From Promethearchaeota archaeon (GTDB lineage: Archaea > Asgardarchaeota > Lokiarchaeia > Sigyniarchaeales > SOKP01), in assembly GCA_048937405.1 (NCBI GenBank), contig JBHLNF010000002.1, forward strand, positions 320,001-384,000: a DNA stretch of 64,000 nucleotides. The letters run 5' to 3'. This document shows, piece by piece, positions 21,402 through 31,194 of this stretch. How positions within the stretch are numbered: the first letter of the stretch is position 1; every line of letters starts with the position of its first letter. Under the pieces are notes generated by a model. That model had not been told where the DNA came from, searched no databases, and saw only the letters and a list, made by a program, of their open reading frames with translations. Position numbers and translations under genes: made by a program.

Positions 21402-22034
21402 ATGAATAAATTAAAAGTTCCTTATCGTGTAACTGAGGGACAAGCTAAAGCGGCTGCTAAAACACTTGCTCGAGCATTCCATGATTACCCCATACATACT
21501 TATTTATTCCCTGATGAAGATGAAAGAATTAGAAAGGTACCAATACTTATGGAATATTTAGTTCGTTATGGAATCATCTATGGTGAAGTATATGGTAGCT
21601 CACCAAATCTAGAGGGTATAGCTGTTTGGCTTCCTTTTTGGGATGCTGAAATGACTGAAGAGAGATTAAAAAAATGTCGTATGTCTTATAGAGATGGTAA
21701 AGAACTTCCCTCTGTATTTGATGAGGAATTTTCTAAGAACTATGAACCTATAGAACAGTGTGAATACAGATGTCATAAACAATACGCTGATTTTTTTAAC
21801 TGGTATTTATATCCAATTGGTGTAGATCCAGATCATCAAGGAAGTGGCTATGCGGGGTTATTATTAAGATCGAAATTCGAGGAAATTGACAAACAAGATA
21901 TACCTTGTTATTTAGAAACTTATAAGGAAAAAAATGTTCCGCTCTATCAACATTTTGGTTTTAAAACTGTTGAAACCGGAATAATAACCAGAACAGATCT
22001 TACATTTTGGGCAATGTTACGCAAAAAAGATTAA
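21402..22034 (+). CDS. GNAT family N-acetyltransferase
   Basis: IGVDPDHQGSGYA, CYLET, LYQHFGF. Confidence 0.9.
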   Translation: MNKLKVPYRVTEGQAKAAAKTLARAFHDYPIHTYLFPDEDERIRKVPILMEYLVRYGIIYGEVYGSSPNLEGIAVWLPFWDAEMTEERLKKCRMSYRDGKELPSVFDEEFSKNYEPIEQCEYRCHKQYADFFNWYLYPIGVDPDHQGSGYAGLLLRSKFEEIDKQDIPCYLETYKEKNVPLYQHFGFKTVETGIITRTDLTFWAMLRKKD

Positions 22035-22041
22035 GAAATTA

Positions 22042-22126
22042 TTCCACTAAATTTTCATTGAACTCTAACTCTAAATTTTCCTTTCCATTCAATTTTCACA
22101 GAAAATTGGGACAAAAGTTAAAAAGG
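22042..22126 (+). repeat. Cassette-boundary repeat copy R11 (long form)
   Basis: TTCCACTAAATTTTCATTGAACTCTAACTCTAAATTTTCCTTTCCATTCAATTTTCACAGAAAATTGGGACAAAAGTTAAAAAGG. Confidence 0.9.
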
Positions 22127-22217
22127 TTGGGAGGACAACTAATCGTCTCCTAATTAGAGGCAAAGATTATAAATATTATCATATCTTAATTTTTGTTGAA
22201 AAAGAAGGATTTATATT

Positions 22218-22610
22218 ATGCAAGAAAAGTGCCTTGATTGTGGAGCGGATATAAAACCAGGATGGGATTTCTGTCTGACATGTGGTTCAAAATTCGCAGA
22301 TCAGATGGAAAGGACCCTAGAAGAGCAGCAAATAATAGATAAAAAAATAAAAGAGAAGCAAAAGCAGCAAAAAAAGGAATTTAAAGAAAGTATGCGGGGA
22401 CGGAAAGAAAGGAAGAGAAAGGAGATTAAAAAAGCTATTCGAAGATCAATGATGAAATTCCTTATATTCCTTGGGATCAGTCTTTTGACAGGGATAATTG
22501 GATTTTTCATTGGATCAATTTATTTTGATCAGGGGGGTCTAGGATTTATTATTGGATTTTTTACTCCCTTGATTGTGTTAGGTGTTATAGTATGGATTTC
22601 TAATTATTAG
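22218..22610 (+). CDS. Zinc-ribbon, coiled-coil, 2-TM protein
   Basis: CLDCG...CLTCG; two C-terminal TMs. Confidence 0.75.
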   Translation: MQEKCLDCGADIKPGWDFCLTCGSKFADQMERTLEEQQIIDKKIKEKQKQQKKEFKESMRGRKERKRKEIKKAIRRSMMKFLIFLGISLLTGIIGFFIGSIYFDQGGLGFIIGFFTPLIVLGVIVWISNY

Positions 22611-22767
22611 TCTTAGATTTCATCGAGAGGGAGAAAATTTTTTTTTAATAGTTTATAGAAGGGAGTGATGTTGGGTGAGCAAATTGGATAACACCCCCTC
22701 CCCTTGAAAAACCACTGATCATGGATGGTTGTTCCATATAGCAGAAATTTACTAATTTTCTGATTTA

Positions 22768-22812
22768 TTTCAAAGGAATTTTCATTGAACTCAGACGCTG
22801 AATTTACATTTC
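22768..22812 (+). repeat. Cassette-boundary repeat copy R12
   Basis: TTTCAAAGGAATTTTCATTGAACTCAGACGCTGAATTTACATTTC. Confidence 0.95.
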
Positions 22813-22970
22813 AATAATAATATACTCTTGAAATTAAATATAAAAGAAAAAATTATAATTAATTTTCACTAACTTTGAAGCATCTTACACAAAATTACTT
22901 CAACCTGAAAATACAAGCAAAATTGCTTCAAAAGACATAAGTAAATTATAAAATCAATCTTTAAACTCCT

Positions 22971-23897
22971 TTATGTTAAAAAAATGGGGAGGAAAGTGAT
23001 AATTGCTGATATTTTTGTCAATAATCCAATTTTTATTAATTTCTCGTCTTTTAATTTCAAATAAAGAGTAAGATAAAAGTTTTGCTTTGACCCCGATTCA
23101 TATTGTATCCGCCTTTGGAGAATTTTTATTATCTTCTTTCTTTCACTAATCTCCTTTTTTATTTTGAAAGCTAAAAGACTAGGGATTAATATGTACATTA
23201 TGTAAGTAGGGGAAAAAATTATAAGAATCAGCCAATAATGATAAATATAACTGCTTAACGGAAAAACAGAATAAATATCAAGAAGAAAAGGAAAAAAAAA
23301 TTGTAAATCAAGCATAATGAAGCGAGAGAGATCCCAATATCTAAAATAAAAATTTTCAATCGAAGAATATTCCAATTTTATATCAATGTGTTCCTTAAAA
23401 TAATACATTTTAATAGCTTTACCTATCAATATAATAGTGAATAAGGAGGACAATGCTAGCATTATAAATATTATAAATATTGATAATGTGGATATAATCT
23501 GTTCAACGTTTAATATGATAATAAATAAATTAATTATAGGTAAGGAGAGCAAACCTAGATATAAATAGATAGTTACAATGTAGGAAATTAAATGCATCCT
23601 TTTTAAAAATCTCAATGAAGAGTAAATATTCCTACTCTTATCATTTTCAGTTATCTCAGTTAAATGAAATTTCTTAAACCTATTGCTAATCCTATCTATA
23701 TTATTTCGCCAGTATAAATATTCTCCTGATTTATAGAAGATACGGTTATTAGTAATTACATATATAGTAACCTCTGTTTTATCAGGTAAATTTAATATTA
23801 GTTGATGAATCTCATCAGAAGTCAAATCGATGATCTCTTCGTGAAATAAATCAAATTTACCTGTAGAAGTATTAAAGTTTCTAATCAAAACTTCCAT
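22971..23897 (-). CDS. Hypothetical membrane protein
   Basis: 308-aa ORF with several TMs. Confidence 0.6.
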   Translation of the reverse strand: MEVLIRNFNTSTGKFDLFHEEIIDLTSDEIHQLILNLPDKTEVTIYVITNNRIFYKSGEYLYWRNNIDRISNRFKKFHLTEITENDKSRNIYSSLRFLKRMHLISYIVTIYLYLGLLSLPIINLFIIILNVEQIISTLSIFIIFIMLALSSLFTIILIGKAIKMYYFKEHIDIKLEYSSIENFYFRYWDLSRFIMLDLQFFFPFLLDIYSVFPLSSYIYHYWLILIIFSPTYIMYILIPSLLAFKIKKEISERKKIIKILQRRIQYESGSKQNFYLTLYLKLKDEKLIKIGLLTKISAIITFLPIFLT

Positions 23898-24015
23898 ACA
23901 AAATCATACAATTTTTTCATTGAATTAATTATAGCAATATCTCAAGATATTTATTCTTAACCCTCAAAATGGTTCTTAGGAGTTTAAATGGCTTATAGAT
24001 ATATTTTAAAATAAC

Positions 24016-24171
24016 TTATACAGAATCAATGCGTCTTGAAACCCGCGCAATAAAATACACCTCGTTTTCCTTTTTTTTATTGCTGACAAGTTTTCCACCA
24101 AAATACCCTCCAACACCTCCAACACCAAAAATACATATTGTCTGCTTTTCTGATGTTCCCCCTTTACTCAT
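24016..24171 (-). pseudogene. Truncated N-terminus of ketopantoate reductase (PanE/ApbA family)
   Basis: MSKGGTSEKQTICIFGVGGVGGYFGGKL...EVYFIAR then early stop; Rossmann GxGxxG typical of PanE. Confidence 0.75.
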
Positions 24172-24381
24172 ATTCATACCTGTATCATCATCCTAAAGTT
24201 TTAATCTTAGTATCAGTCTACTCATATTTTAAGATTATGTATAATCCCTTTAGAAAGTTTAAACTATCCTAAGTAATTAAAAGAAAAATAGAAAGAAAAT
24301 ATGGCAGAATGATAATGAGAGATACGAATAATGAGATACCATTAGATAAATTATTTAAATCCGCTCCTCTTAAGTTATTTT

Positions 24382-24591
24382 ATGGGAACGTGTCCATTTT
24401 GTAGTAAAGAACTTCTTATAGAAGATTTTTTCCATTCTTACAAGAAAGAGACAAAGAAAGGAAAAATTAAAGTTAAATTAGGTGATTTTAAAGGAGATAA
24501 AAGACAACTCACAGTTAATCATAATGTACGCATGTGGTCTTGTCCATCTTGTGATGCTATTTTGGGATTTTCTGAATTTGCATCATACTAG
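24382..24591 (+). CDS. Small zinc-finger protein
   Basis: CPFC...CPSC. Confidence 0.7.
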   Translation: MGTCPFCSKELLIEDFFHSYKKETKKGKIKVKLGDFKGDKRQLTVNHNVRMWSCPSCDAILGFSEFASY

Positions 24592-24691
24592 TTTCGCTCT
24601 TAACTTATCTTTACTAATATGAAACTTAAAGTAGGAAAGCAATGAAAAGAGAAAGAAGAGGATATAGTGGATTGTAGGTTGGAGTTGAACT

Positions 24692-24919
24692 ATAATAACA
24701 GAAAATCAATTAAAGGATAAGGAAAAAGAACCACCAAATTATATGACCATTGATGAAATTACCAAGTTGCTTGTGGAAGTAAGGGTTGATCTAACCATAT
24801 TAAAGAAATCGGTTACCTCCAAGAAAATAAAAGAACAATTAAAATGGGCAATTAACGGAATTGATATTGTTGGATGTGAATTAAACCAAAATATAGCCGA
24901 AAAATTAATAGAAAAATAG
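24692..24919 (+). CDS. Small hypothetical protein (ATA start at 24692 or ATG at 24743)
   Basis: Open frame ...MTIDEITKLLVEVRVDL...IEK*; GGAG lies upstream of the ATA. Confidence 0.45.
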   Translation: MITENQLKDKEKEPPNYMTIDEITKLLVEVRVDLTILKKSVTSKKIKEQLKWAINGIDIVGCELNQNIAEKLIEK

Positions 24920-24955
24920 AAAGAAAAAATAAAGAAAATAAATTAATTGAAACTT

Positions 24956-26641
24956 CTAATACATTCCCGGGGGCATGCCCATACCACCACCCATCCCACC
25001 CATTCCAGGAGGCATACCTCCCATCCCCCCACCAGGAGGCATTGGAGGCATTGCAGATTTAGCAGAGGCAATTACATCATCGATGCGTAAGATCATGGAG
25101 GTAGCTTCTGTCGAACTTTTAATCGCTTGTACTTTTACGACAGTTGGTTCGACAACGCCTATGGATGACATATCATTGACCACATCACCAGTATCGAGGT
25201 CATGTCCCGCGAATTTTTGCCCTTGCTGATGTGCAGCTCTTAATTTCATGAGGGTATCAATCTGGTCGAGCCCAGCATTTTCAGCAAGAGTTTTAGGAAT
25301 GATATCAAGGGAATCCGCAAAGATTTCGACAGCAAGTTGTTCACGACCGCCAAGGGAAGATGCATACTTTCTGAGTTGGATTGCGGTTTCAACTTCAGGA
25401 GCCCCACCACCGCCCACAAGTTTTTCATCTTCCACCACATCTCTAACAACACAGAGAGCATCATGAAGGGCTCTTTCAACTTCATCAACGATGAGTTCAG
25501 TCCCGCCACGGATAAGGATGACAACTGATTTTGGGTCTTTACATTCTTCAATAAAGATCCAAGAGTCGTTCATAATTTTCCGCTCTTCGACAAGACCTGC
25601 CCATCCGAGCTTTTCAGGGACAATATCATCGAGGTTTGTAAAGATAGTGCCACCGGTGGCTTTAGAGAGTTTTTCGATATCGGATTTTTTAACCCTTCGT
25701 ACAGCCATGATACCGGCTTTAGAGAGGAAATGTTGAGCCATATCATCAATTCCTTTTTGGCAGATAAGAACTTTTGCGCCAGAGTTTTGAATTTTTTTAG
25801 CCATATTTCTGAGCATATTTTCTTCTTCATCGAGGAATTGTTGAATTTGTTCAGGGCTGTTGATTTGTAGTTTGGAGTCAAATTCAGTTTTTTCAATTTC
25901 GACGGCGCTTTGTAGAAGTAAGATTTTGGCATCGGTAACGCTTTTTGGCATTCCGGGGCTCACAACTTCTTTATCGAGGATAATTCCTTTAATGAGATTA
26001 GTATCATCGATTGAATCGCCTTGTTTTTTCTGAATTTGGACTTTTTCGATGTCAGCGACCCATTTTCCATTCTCAGTTTTTTCAGAAATAGCTTTAATCG
26101 CATCCATACAGATTTGAGCGAGTTTTTCTTTTGATTCAGAGACAATCTTGCTGGACATACAGGTCATAGCGGCGTTTTTAAGACCTTTTTCATCGTCAAT
26201 ACCACTTTTTATGGAAATACTATCGAGTATTTCAACTGCTTTTTCGGCAGCTTTTCTGAATCCTTCAGTAATGACAGTAGGATGGATTTTTTGTTCTATG
26301 AGCTTTTTTGCTCGTTTAAGGAGTTCTCCAGCGAGTATAACTGAAGTAGTGGTTCCATCGCCAACTTCAGAATCTTGAGTTTTAGCGACTTCTACCATCA
26401 TTTTAGCAGCAGGATGTTGGACATCAATTTCTTTTAAAATAGTAGCGCCGTCATTGGTGATGACGACATCGCCAAATTGGTCTACGAGCATTTTGTCCAT
26501 ACCACGAGGTCCAAGAGAAGTTCTCACAGCTTCAGCGATGACAATTGCGGCAGCAATGTTATTTTGCATAGCATCTCTACCGCGTTGTCGTTCAGTGCCT
26601 TCTTTCATAATTAATACGGGTGTTCCGCCTAATTGTGCCAT
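24956..26641 (-). CDS. ths: Thermosome (group II chaperonin) subunit
   Basis: [17 protein letters not shown] and GDGTTT motifs; GGM-rich tail. Confidence 0.98.
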   Translation of the reverse strand: MAQLGGTPVLIMKEGTERQRGRDAMQNNIAAAIVIAEAVRTSLGPRGMDKMLVDQFGDVVITNDGATILKEIDVQHPAAKMMVEVAKTQDSEVGDGTTTSVILAGELLKRAKKLIEQKIHPTVITEGFRKAAEKAVEILDSISIKSGIDDEKGLKNAAMTCMSSKIVSESKEKLAQICMDAIKAISEKTENGKWVADIEKVQIQKKQGDSIDDTNLIKGIILDKEVVSPGMPKSVTDAKILLLQSAVEIEKTEFDSKLQINSPEQIQQFLDEEENMLRNMAKKIQNSGAKVLICQKGIDDMAQHFLSKAGIMAVRRVKKSDIEKLSKATGGTIFTNLDDIVPEKLGWAGLVEERKIMNDSWIFIEECKDPKSVVILIRGGTELIVDEVERALHDALCVVRDVVEDEKLVGGGGAPEVETAIQLRKYASSLGGREQLAVEIFADSLDIIPKTLAENAGLDQIDTLMKLRAAHQQGQKFAGHDLDTGDVVNDMSSIGVVEPTVVKVQAIKSSTEATSMILRIDDVIASAKSAMPPMPPGGGMGGMPPGMGGMGGGMGMPPGMY

Positions 26642-26864
26642 TATTTATCACATTTTATAATTTTAATTTAGACAAATTTTTTTGAAATACAATTTTCTTT
26701 ATATAGATCTCTAAGTCATAAAATTAAAAAAGTTTACGATTTTTGGTATTTAAAATGTAAAAGGGTTAAATTTGCGAGTTTGAAGATTAGTATTTATAAA
26801 TTGAAAAAGTTAAAGAATGCAAATTTGTAATTTTTTTATAGAGGTTAAAACTACCAAATAACTC

Positions 26865-27215
26865 CTATTTAGCTTTATCTGATATTTTTTGATCTATTTG
26901 TGCTATATTATGGGCAATGGGAGGACTTCTTTTTTGTTTTTTAACGGTATTTCCAACTGCAAGGATAATAGCTATGGAGAAGAATATACCATTAAAAAGG
27001 ACAGAACCATCAGGTAATATTTTAAAAAATATATATGCTAATATCATAAAAACTACGAAGATACTTGCTGGAATTAAAATCTGTTCGAGACTTAATACTG
27101 GTTTGAGCTTAGAAGCTCTAAATTGAATTATAATAAATAAAATTATAATATAAATAGAAGGGACTATAAGTAATATATTTCGTAAAAAAATTTCAGATCT
27201 CGACATCTCAAACAA
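26865..27215 (-). CDS. Small membrane protein
   Basis: Three hydrophobic segments. Confidence 0.5.
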   Translation of the reverse strand: MFEMSRSEIFLRNILLIVPSIYIIILFIIIQFRASKLKPVLSLEQILIPASIFVVFMILAYIFFKILPDGSVLFNGIFFSIAIILAVGNTVKKQKRSPPIAHNIAQIDQKISDKAK

Positions 27216-27377
27216 AATTTTTCGTCTTTCTGTTAAATCATTTCAATTGATTTAAGATATATTATTGTATATTGAATTTAAAATTAATAATTTTTTAGAT
27301 TCAATAATATGTTAAAGAAGAAAGAATAGTATAGCTGTGAATTGAGATTTTGAAGTAAAAAAAACTAATCTAATGAT

Positions 27378-27542
27378 TTATTTAGTAAGTTCTCTTCTCT
27401 TTAAGCGCAGATCTTTTCCATGACATCTGCGGCATTTTTTTGCTTTTATAGGATTAAGAGCGCCACAACGTCTACAGACAGTTTTTTCGAGGAGATGGTA
27501 TCGTGCAATACGTCTTTTTTCAGGGTCATCAATGGGGGACAT
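27378..27542 (-). CDS. rpl40e: Ribosomal protein eL40 (absent from ORF track)
   Basis: MSPIDDPEKRRIARYHLLEKTVCRRCGALNPIKAKKCRRCHGKDLRLKRRELTK; eL40 zinc motif. Confidence 0.95.
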   Translation of the reverse strand: MSPIDDPEKRRIARYHLLEKTVCRRCGALNPIKAKKCRRCHGKDLRLKRRELTK

Positions 27543-27733
27543 TTTTTCTCAGTTTATATTTTTAGTTGTTTTTCGAGACTTAGCATAGTAATAATACTAA
27601 TGAGAATATCTTGAAAAAGGTATGATTCAAAATAAAATTTTTGTTTAGGGTGTTGGAAAATATGATAAAATTAAAATTCTATAGATAATAGATCTATTCA
27701 TACTATAGGTTTTGAAATAATAGTTGATAAACA

Positions 27734-27928
27734 GTGCCACGAGAAATATTTGATGAGGATGAGTTTCGCGAGCTTTCTGAGTTTGCGATTCATTGTCGGG
27801 TCAAGCGTTTAAGAGATGTAGTAAAATTAAAATTAAGGACTAAGAAAATTCTTTATACATATAAGGTGGACCCATTGACAGCAGAGAGGTTATTAAGAGA
27901 TATAAGTTGTGATATTATCGAATTATAG
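27734..27928 (+). CDS. rpl38e: Ribosomal protein eL38
   Basis: MPREI...VKLKLRTKKILYTYKV pattern of eL38. Confidence 0.9.
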   Translation: MPREIFDEDEFRELSEFAIHCRVKRLRDVVKLKLRTKKILYTYKVDPLTAERLLRDISCDIIEL

Positions 27929-28155
27929 AATATCTTTTCAAAAGTTCAACTATTTTATCTGTTTCAATCTCAAATCTCTTGGGATTAATTTATTATTCTG
28001 TATTAGTAAATCTACATGAAATCTGCTTGAACTAAATCTAATTAAAACTGTCCTTTCTCCTGATTAGACAATATTTATTGAAAAAGATAATTATAAATTG
28101 TTCTTCTATTATTTTATTGTTAAAATTAATAGGATAATTATTAAGTAAATTTAAG

Positions 28156-29076
28156 ATGATTCAAGCACTTTATATTTTTCAGAGCGATACAAAGGACCTT
28201 ATGTATAATAAAAATTTTCAAAGTGATGAAAAATTAGAGATGTTTGATTCATTTTTTTCGGCTTTACAGACATTCGTTACAGAACTTACTGATAGCAGTA
28301 CTGAATCATTGAATACAATTGTATTAGGAGAACATCTGGTCTTAATTACACGAATCATGGAGACATTATCAGATTTAGTTATTATTACTAATAAAGAAGA
28401 TATAAAAGAAGTTCAAAAATTAATCCCAGAAATGACAGAAATTGTTTTGAGTTATAAAGATTTGTTTATTAATTGGGATAGAAAACCAGAAAAACTGGAG
28501 AAGTTTGATTCAAAAATAATCAAATTAGTTCTATCAGATAAAAAATTAAATGAAGGGTACTCTTTAACAGCTGATCAAAGTACAATTTTAAAATCAATTT
28601 GGGATCAAAAAGGGAGACTGTCTGATCAACTAAGAGAGGATTTGCTAAAAGAAAGGAAGGAATTAGAGACTAAATATGCTGAAGAAGAGAATTTTATCAA
28701 AAAATATAACTTTTCGAAGAGTTTAATCGAAATTTCAGAAAAACTTCGAGATGACGAGAAATTTATCGAATATCAAACAGAAGCGAAATCTCTTAAAGAT
28801 GAAATAAAAGATCGAAATTTAAGGTTAAAGTATTATTTGGATAAAATAAAAGAATCATTGGATTATTCTAAATATGCAGAGACATATTCATACCTCTATT
28901 CATTTTGTTTAAAACTGGTCAATTTTGCTGATCCAGAAATAATCTCCAAGTATAAAAGCCTTGCTAAGACAGTACTTAACCGGAATAAAATACCTAAAGA
29001 AGAATTTAAACAAACGATTGAAGAGATATCTCTGATTGAAAAAGAGATTAAAAAAATCTTGTTATTAAACAGATAA
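28156..29076 (+). CDS. Longin/roadblock-like N-terminal domain plus helical region (Asgard)
   Basis: MIQALYIF...FFSALQTFVTEL pattern of Asgard longin-like proteins. Confidence 0.55.
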   Translation: MIQALYIFQSDTKDLMYNKNFQSDEKLEMFDSFFSALQTFVTELTDSSTESLNTIVLGEHLVLITRIMETLSDLVIITNKEDIKEVQKLIPEMTEIVLSYKDLFINWDRKPEKLEKFDSKIIKLVLSDKKLNEGYSLTADQSTILKSIWDQKGRLSDQLREDLLKERKELETKYAEEENFIKKYNFSKSLIEISEKLRDDEKFIEYQTEAKSLKDEIKDRNLRLKYYLDKIKESLDYSKYAETYSYLYSFCLKLVNFADPEIISKYKSLAKTVLNRNKIPKEEFKQTIEEISLIEKEIKKILLLNR

Positions 29077-29129
29077 TTCCCTTAATTAAAAAAACTTTAT
29101 GACCTTTTTATTTCTATATTAATACTTAG

Positions 29130-30868
29130 TTAACCAATATGAACTAAATCGGAGTATAGCCCATTTCCTAAATAATTAATTAAAACAACATCATTCTCAG
29201 AACTTTCAATTGAATACTCCATCTTCAATATTTCTTGCCAAAAAATTGTTACCGAGGATTCATTATTAATTACAAAGTCTGGAAAAACATAAGGCTTATT
29301 TGAAAAAATTTGACTATGTACAATACTGAAATTGTTTAATTCAAAAAAATGGATATTTAAATCGTCATCATAAAAAGTCATATATCCTTTGGAAGAATTG
29401 TAGTATCTAATAATGGGATTAGAAATAGGAATAGTTGAATTAAACAATAATATTGGAGTTTCAAAAATACCTGTCCTATTAGATGTAATGTAAATTTTTG
29501 TTTGATTTTCTAACCAAGAGAAATAAAAATTATTTGAAAAATCACAAAAAACATTCAAATTTTCAATATTATTAGAGATATTGATAATATTATTCAGAGT
29601 TTGAGGATTACTAAAGTTCTTATCTTTAATTAAAGAATAGTAAAAAGTATTGTTACTTCTAAAAAGAAAAAAGATTTCATCTAAATTATTTCTACATATC
29701 CTGAAATTATTTGAACTTTTATTTATGAGAGGTAACGAATTAGATAAATTATATGAAAAAACAATTTCGGTTCTTGAAGAAGATTCATTTGTAATACTAT
29801 TTAAATCTACATGACTGAAAATAAATAACGGTTCTTGATTTTTGTCTAATGTAAAATAATATTCATTAATTGATCTAAAAAATAAAGAAGGTACTGATAC
29901 TAAATTTAATTGAAAATTTGTTGAGATTTCAGTTTGATTTATTAAAATTTTATCATAATTGCTTTCTAAAATACATGTCCAGAAAAATGTTTCTAAATTT
30001 TTATCATATTCTATAAAAGGAGCTGAAAAATGGACATTAGAAATTTCTTCAATTAGAATTTGGCTTTCAATTATTTCATCTGTATATAAAAAACTTCCTA
30101 ACTTTATATTGTTATTTGTAATCCATATCAAATACAATGTGTTATTTATTTTTGTATATTTAATTGATTTAAAAGAATCATGAATATTAATATAATTAGA
30201 ATTAGTTGAGTTATCTTTATTTATCAAAGCATAGATTGGAATAAAAAGAGATACTGAAAATATTATTATATATATAAGTGATAATGATTTGATAATTCTC
30301 TTTTTGTAGATAGATAAATTCATTTGATAAAGTTCTCTCGGCTTCTTTAATGACAACCGAAATTGAAATAAATGAGTTAAGTTAAAAGAGGATCTAAATA
30401 AAAGATAGGTTAAGAAAATTGTAAAAATAAGAAGATAATAAATAATTGCAAGTAAAATATCATAGAAATATAATGATGCAAAATCAAAGGATAAGGTATA
30501 AAGTCCTATAAGTCTCAATAAATTTAAAAAAAATTTACAGGAATAAAAATTGTTGAAAGGCGTAATCCTTCTTTCCAATGTATTTTAGTAAAAAAACAAA
30601 AAAATATAATAAAAAATACAAATATAAAACCAGATAATTCATTTGATAATTGAACAGAAAAATTTGATTTAATAATTAAATATGTGATATTATATTTTTC
30701 AATTTCAAAATTAAAATTGAATGTGTATGATAAAAAATTGATAAATTCAATTGAGGGAAAATTCAGAACTGCAGGAGGTATAATAACATATAAAATTACC
30801 GTAATTAAAATGATAGAAAAAAAAATTAAGATAATTTGGGTAATTAAGTGTTTTTTCACGAAATTCAT
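29130..30868 (-). CDS. Archaeosortase/exosortase-like TM domain fused to a large extracellular beta domain; frameshift in a T8 run
   Basis: ORFs 30524..30868 and 29130..30578 join as PVNFFLNLLRLIG if one T is added at 30526-30533; VQLSNELSG...NLLRL pattern. Confidence 0.55.
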
Positions 30869-31194
30869 TTAATTTTCTCAACAACTGGTTTTTATTTCAT
30901 ATGAGTTTATGTATTGTTTTGTAATGATGACAAGAATATATAGAGTTATTATAGATATAAAAAGATAAATTTCTTATTTTTATAAATACAATTCATTTTT
31001 TTTTAGGATTTAGTTGCCAATAAATCAGCTTATTGTTCGAATGTCTACAAAGAACTGCTTTTAAATATAAATTTAAGAACTCTTACCGCAATATTAATTA
31101 ACCATTTTTAATAAAGATCAATTGCAATACAGTTTATCAAAAAGATATATTAGAATTAACATAAAGTTTAGATAATAATTTTGGTATAATATTA

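Noticed and set aside
2961-22812. CRISPR array or canonical attC reading of the repeat family
   Set aside because: Spacing is 0.5-6 kb with whole genes between copies, there are no cas genes, and the RYYYAAC/GTTRRRY ends are absent.
24975-26660. Many short overlapping ORFs inside the thermosome gene, including a Pro-rich antisense ORF
   Set aside because: Shadows of a GC-richer, codon-biased gene; the Pro repeats are the antisense of the normal GGM tail.
27420-27614. 64-aa plus-strand ORF
   Set aside because: Antisense shadow of eL40.
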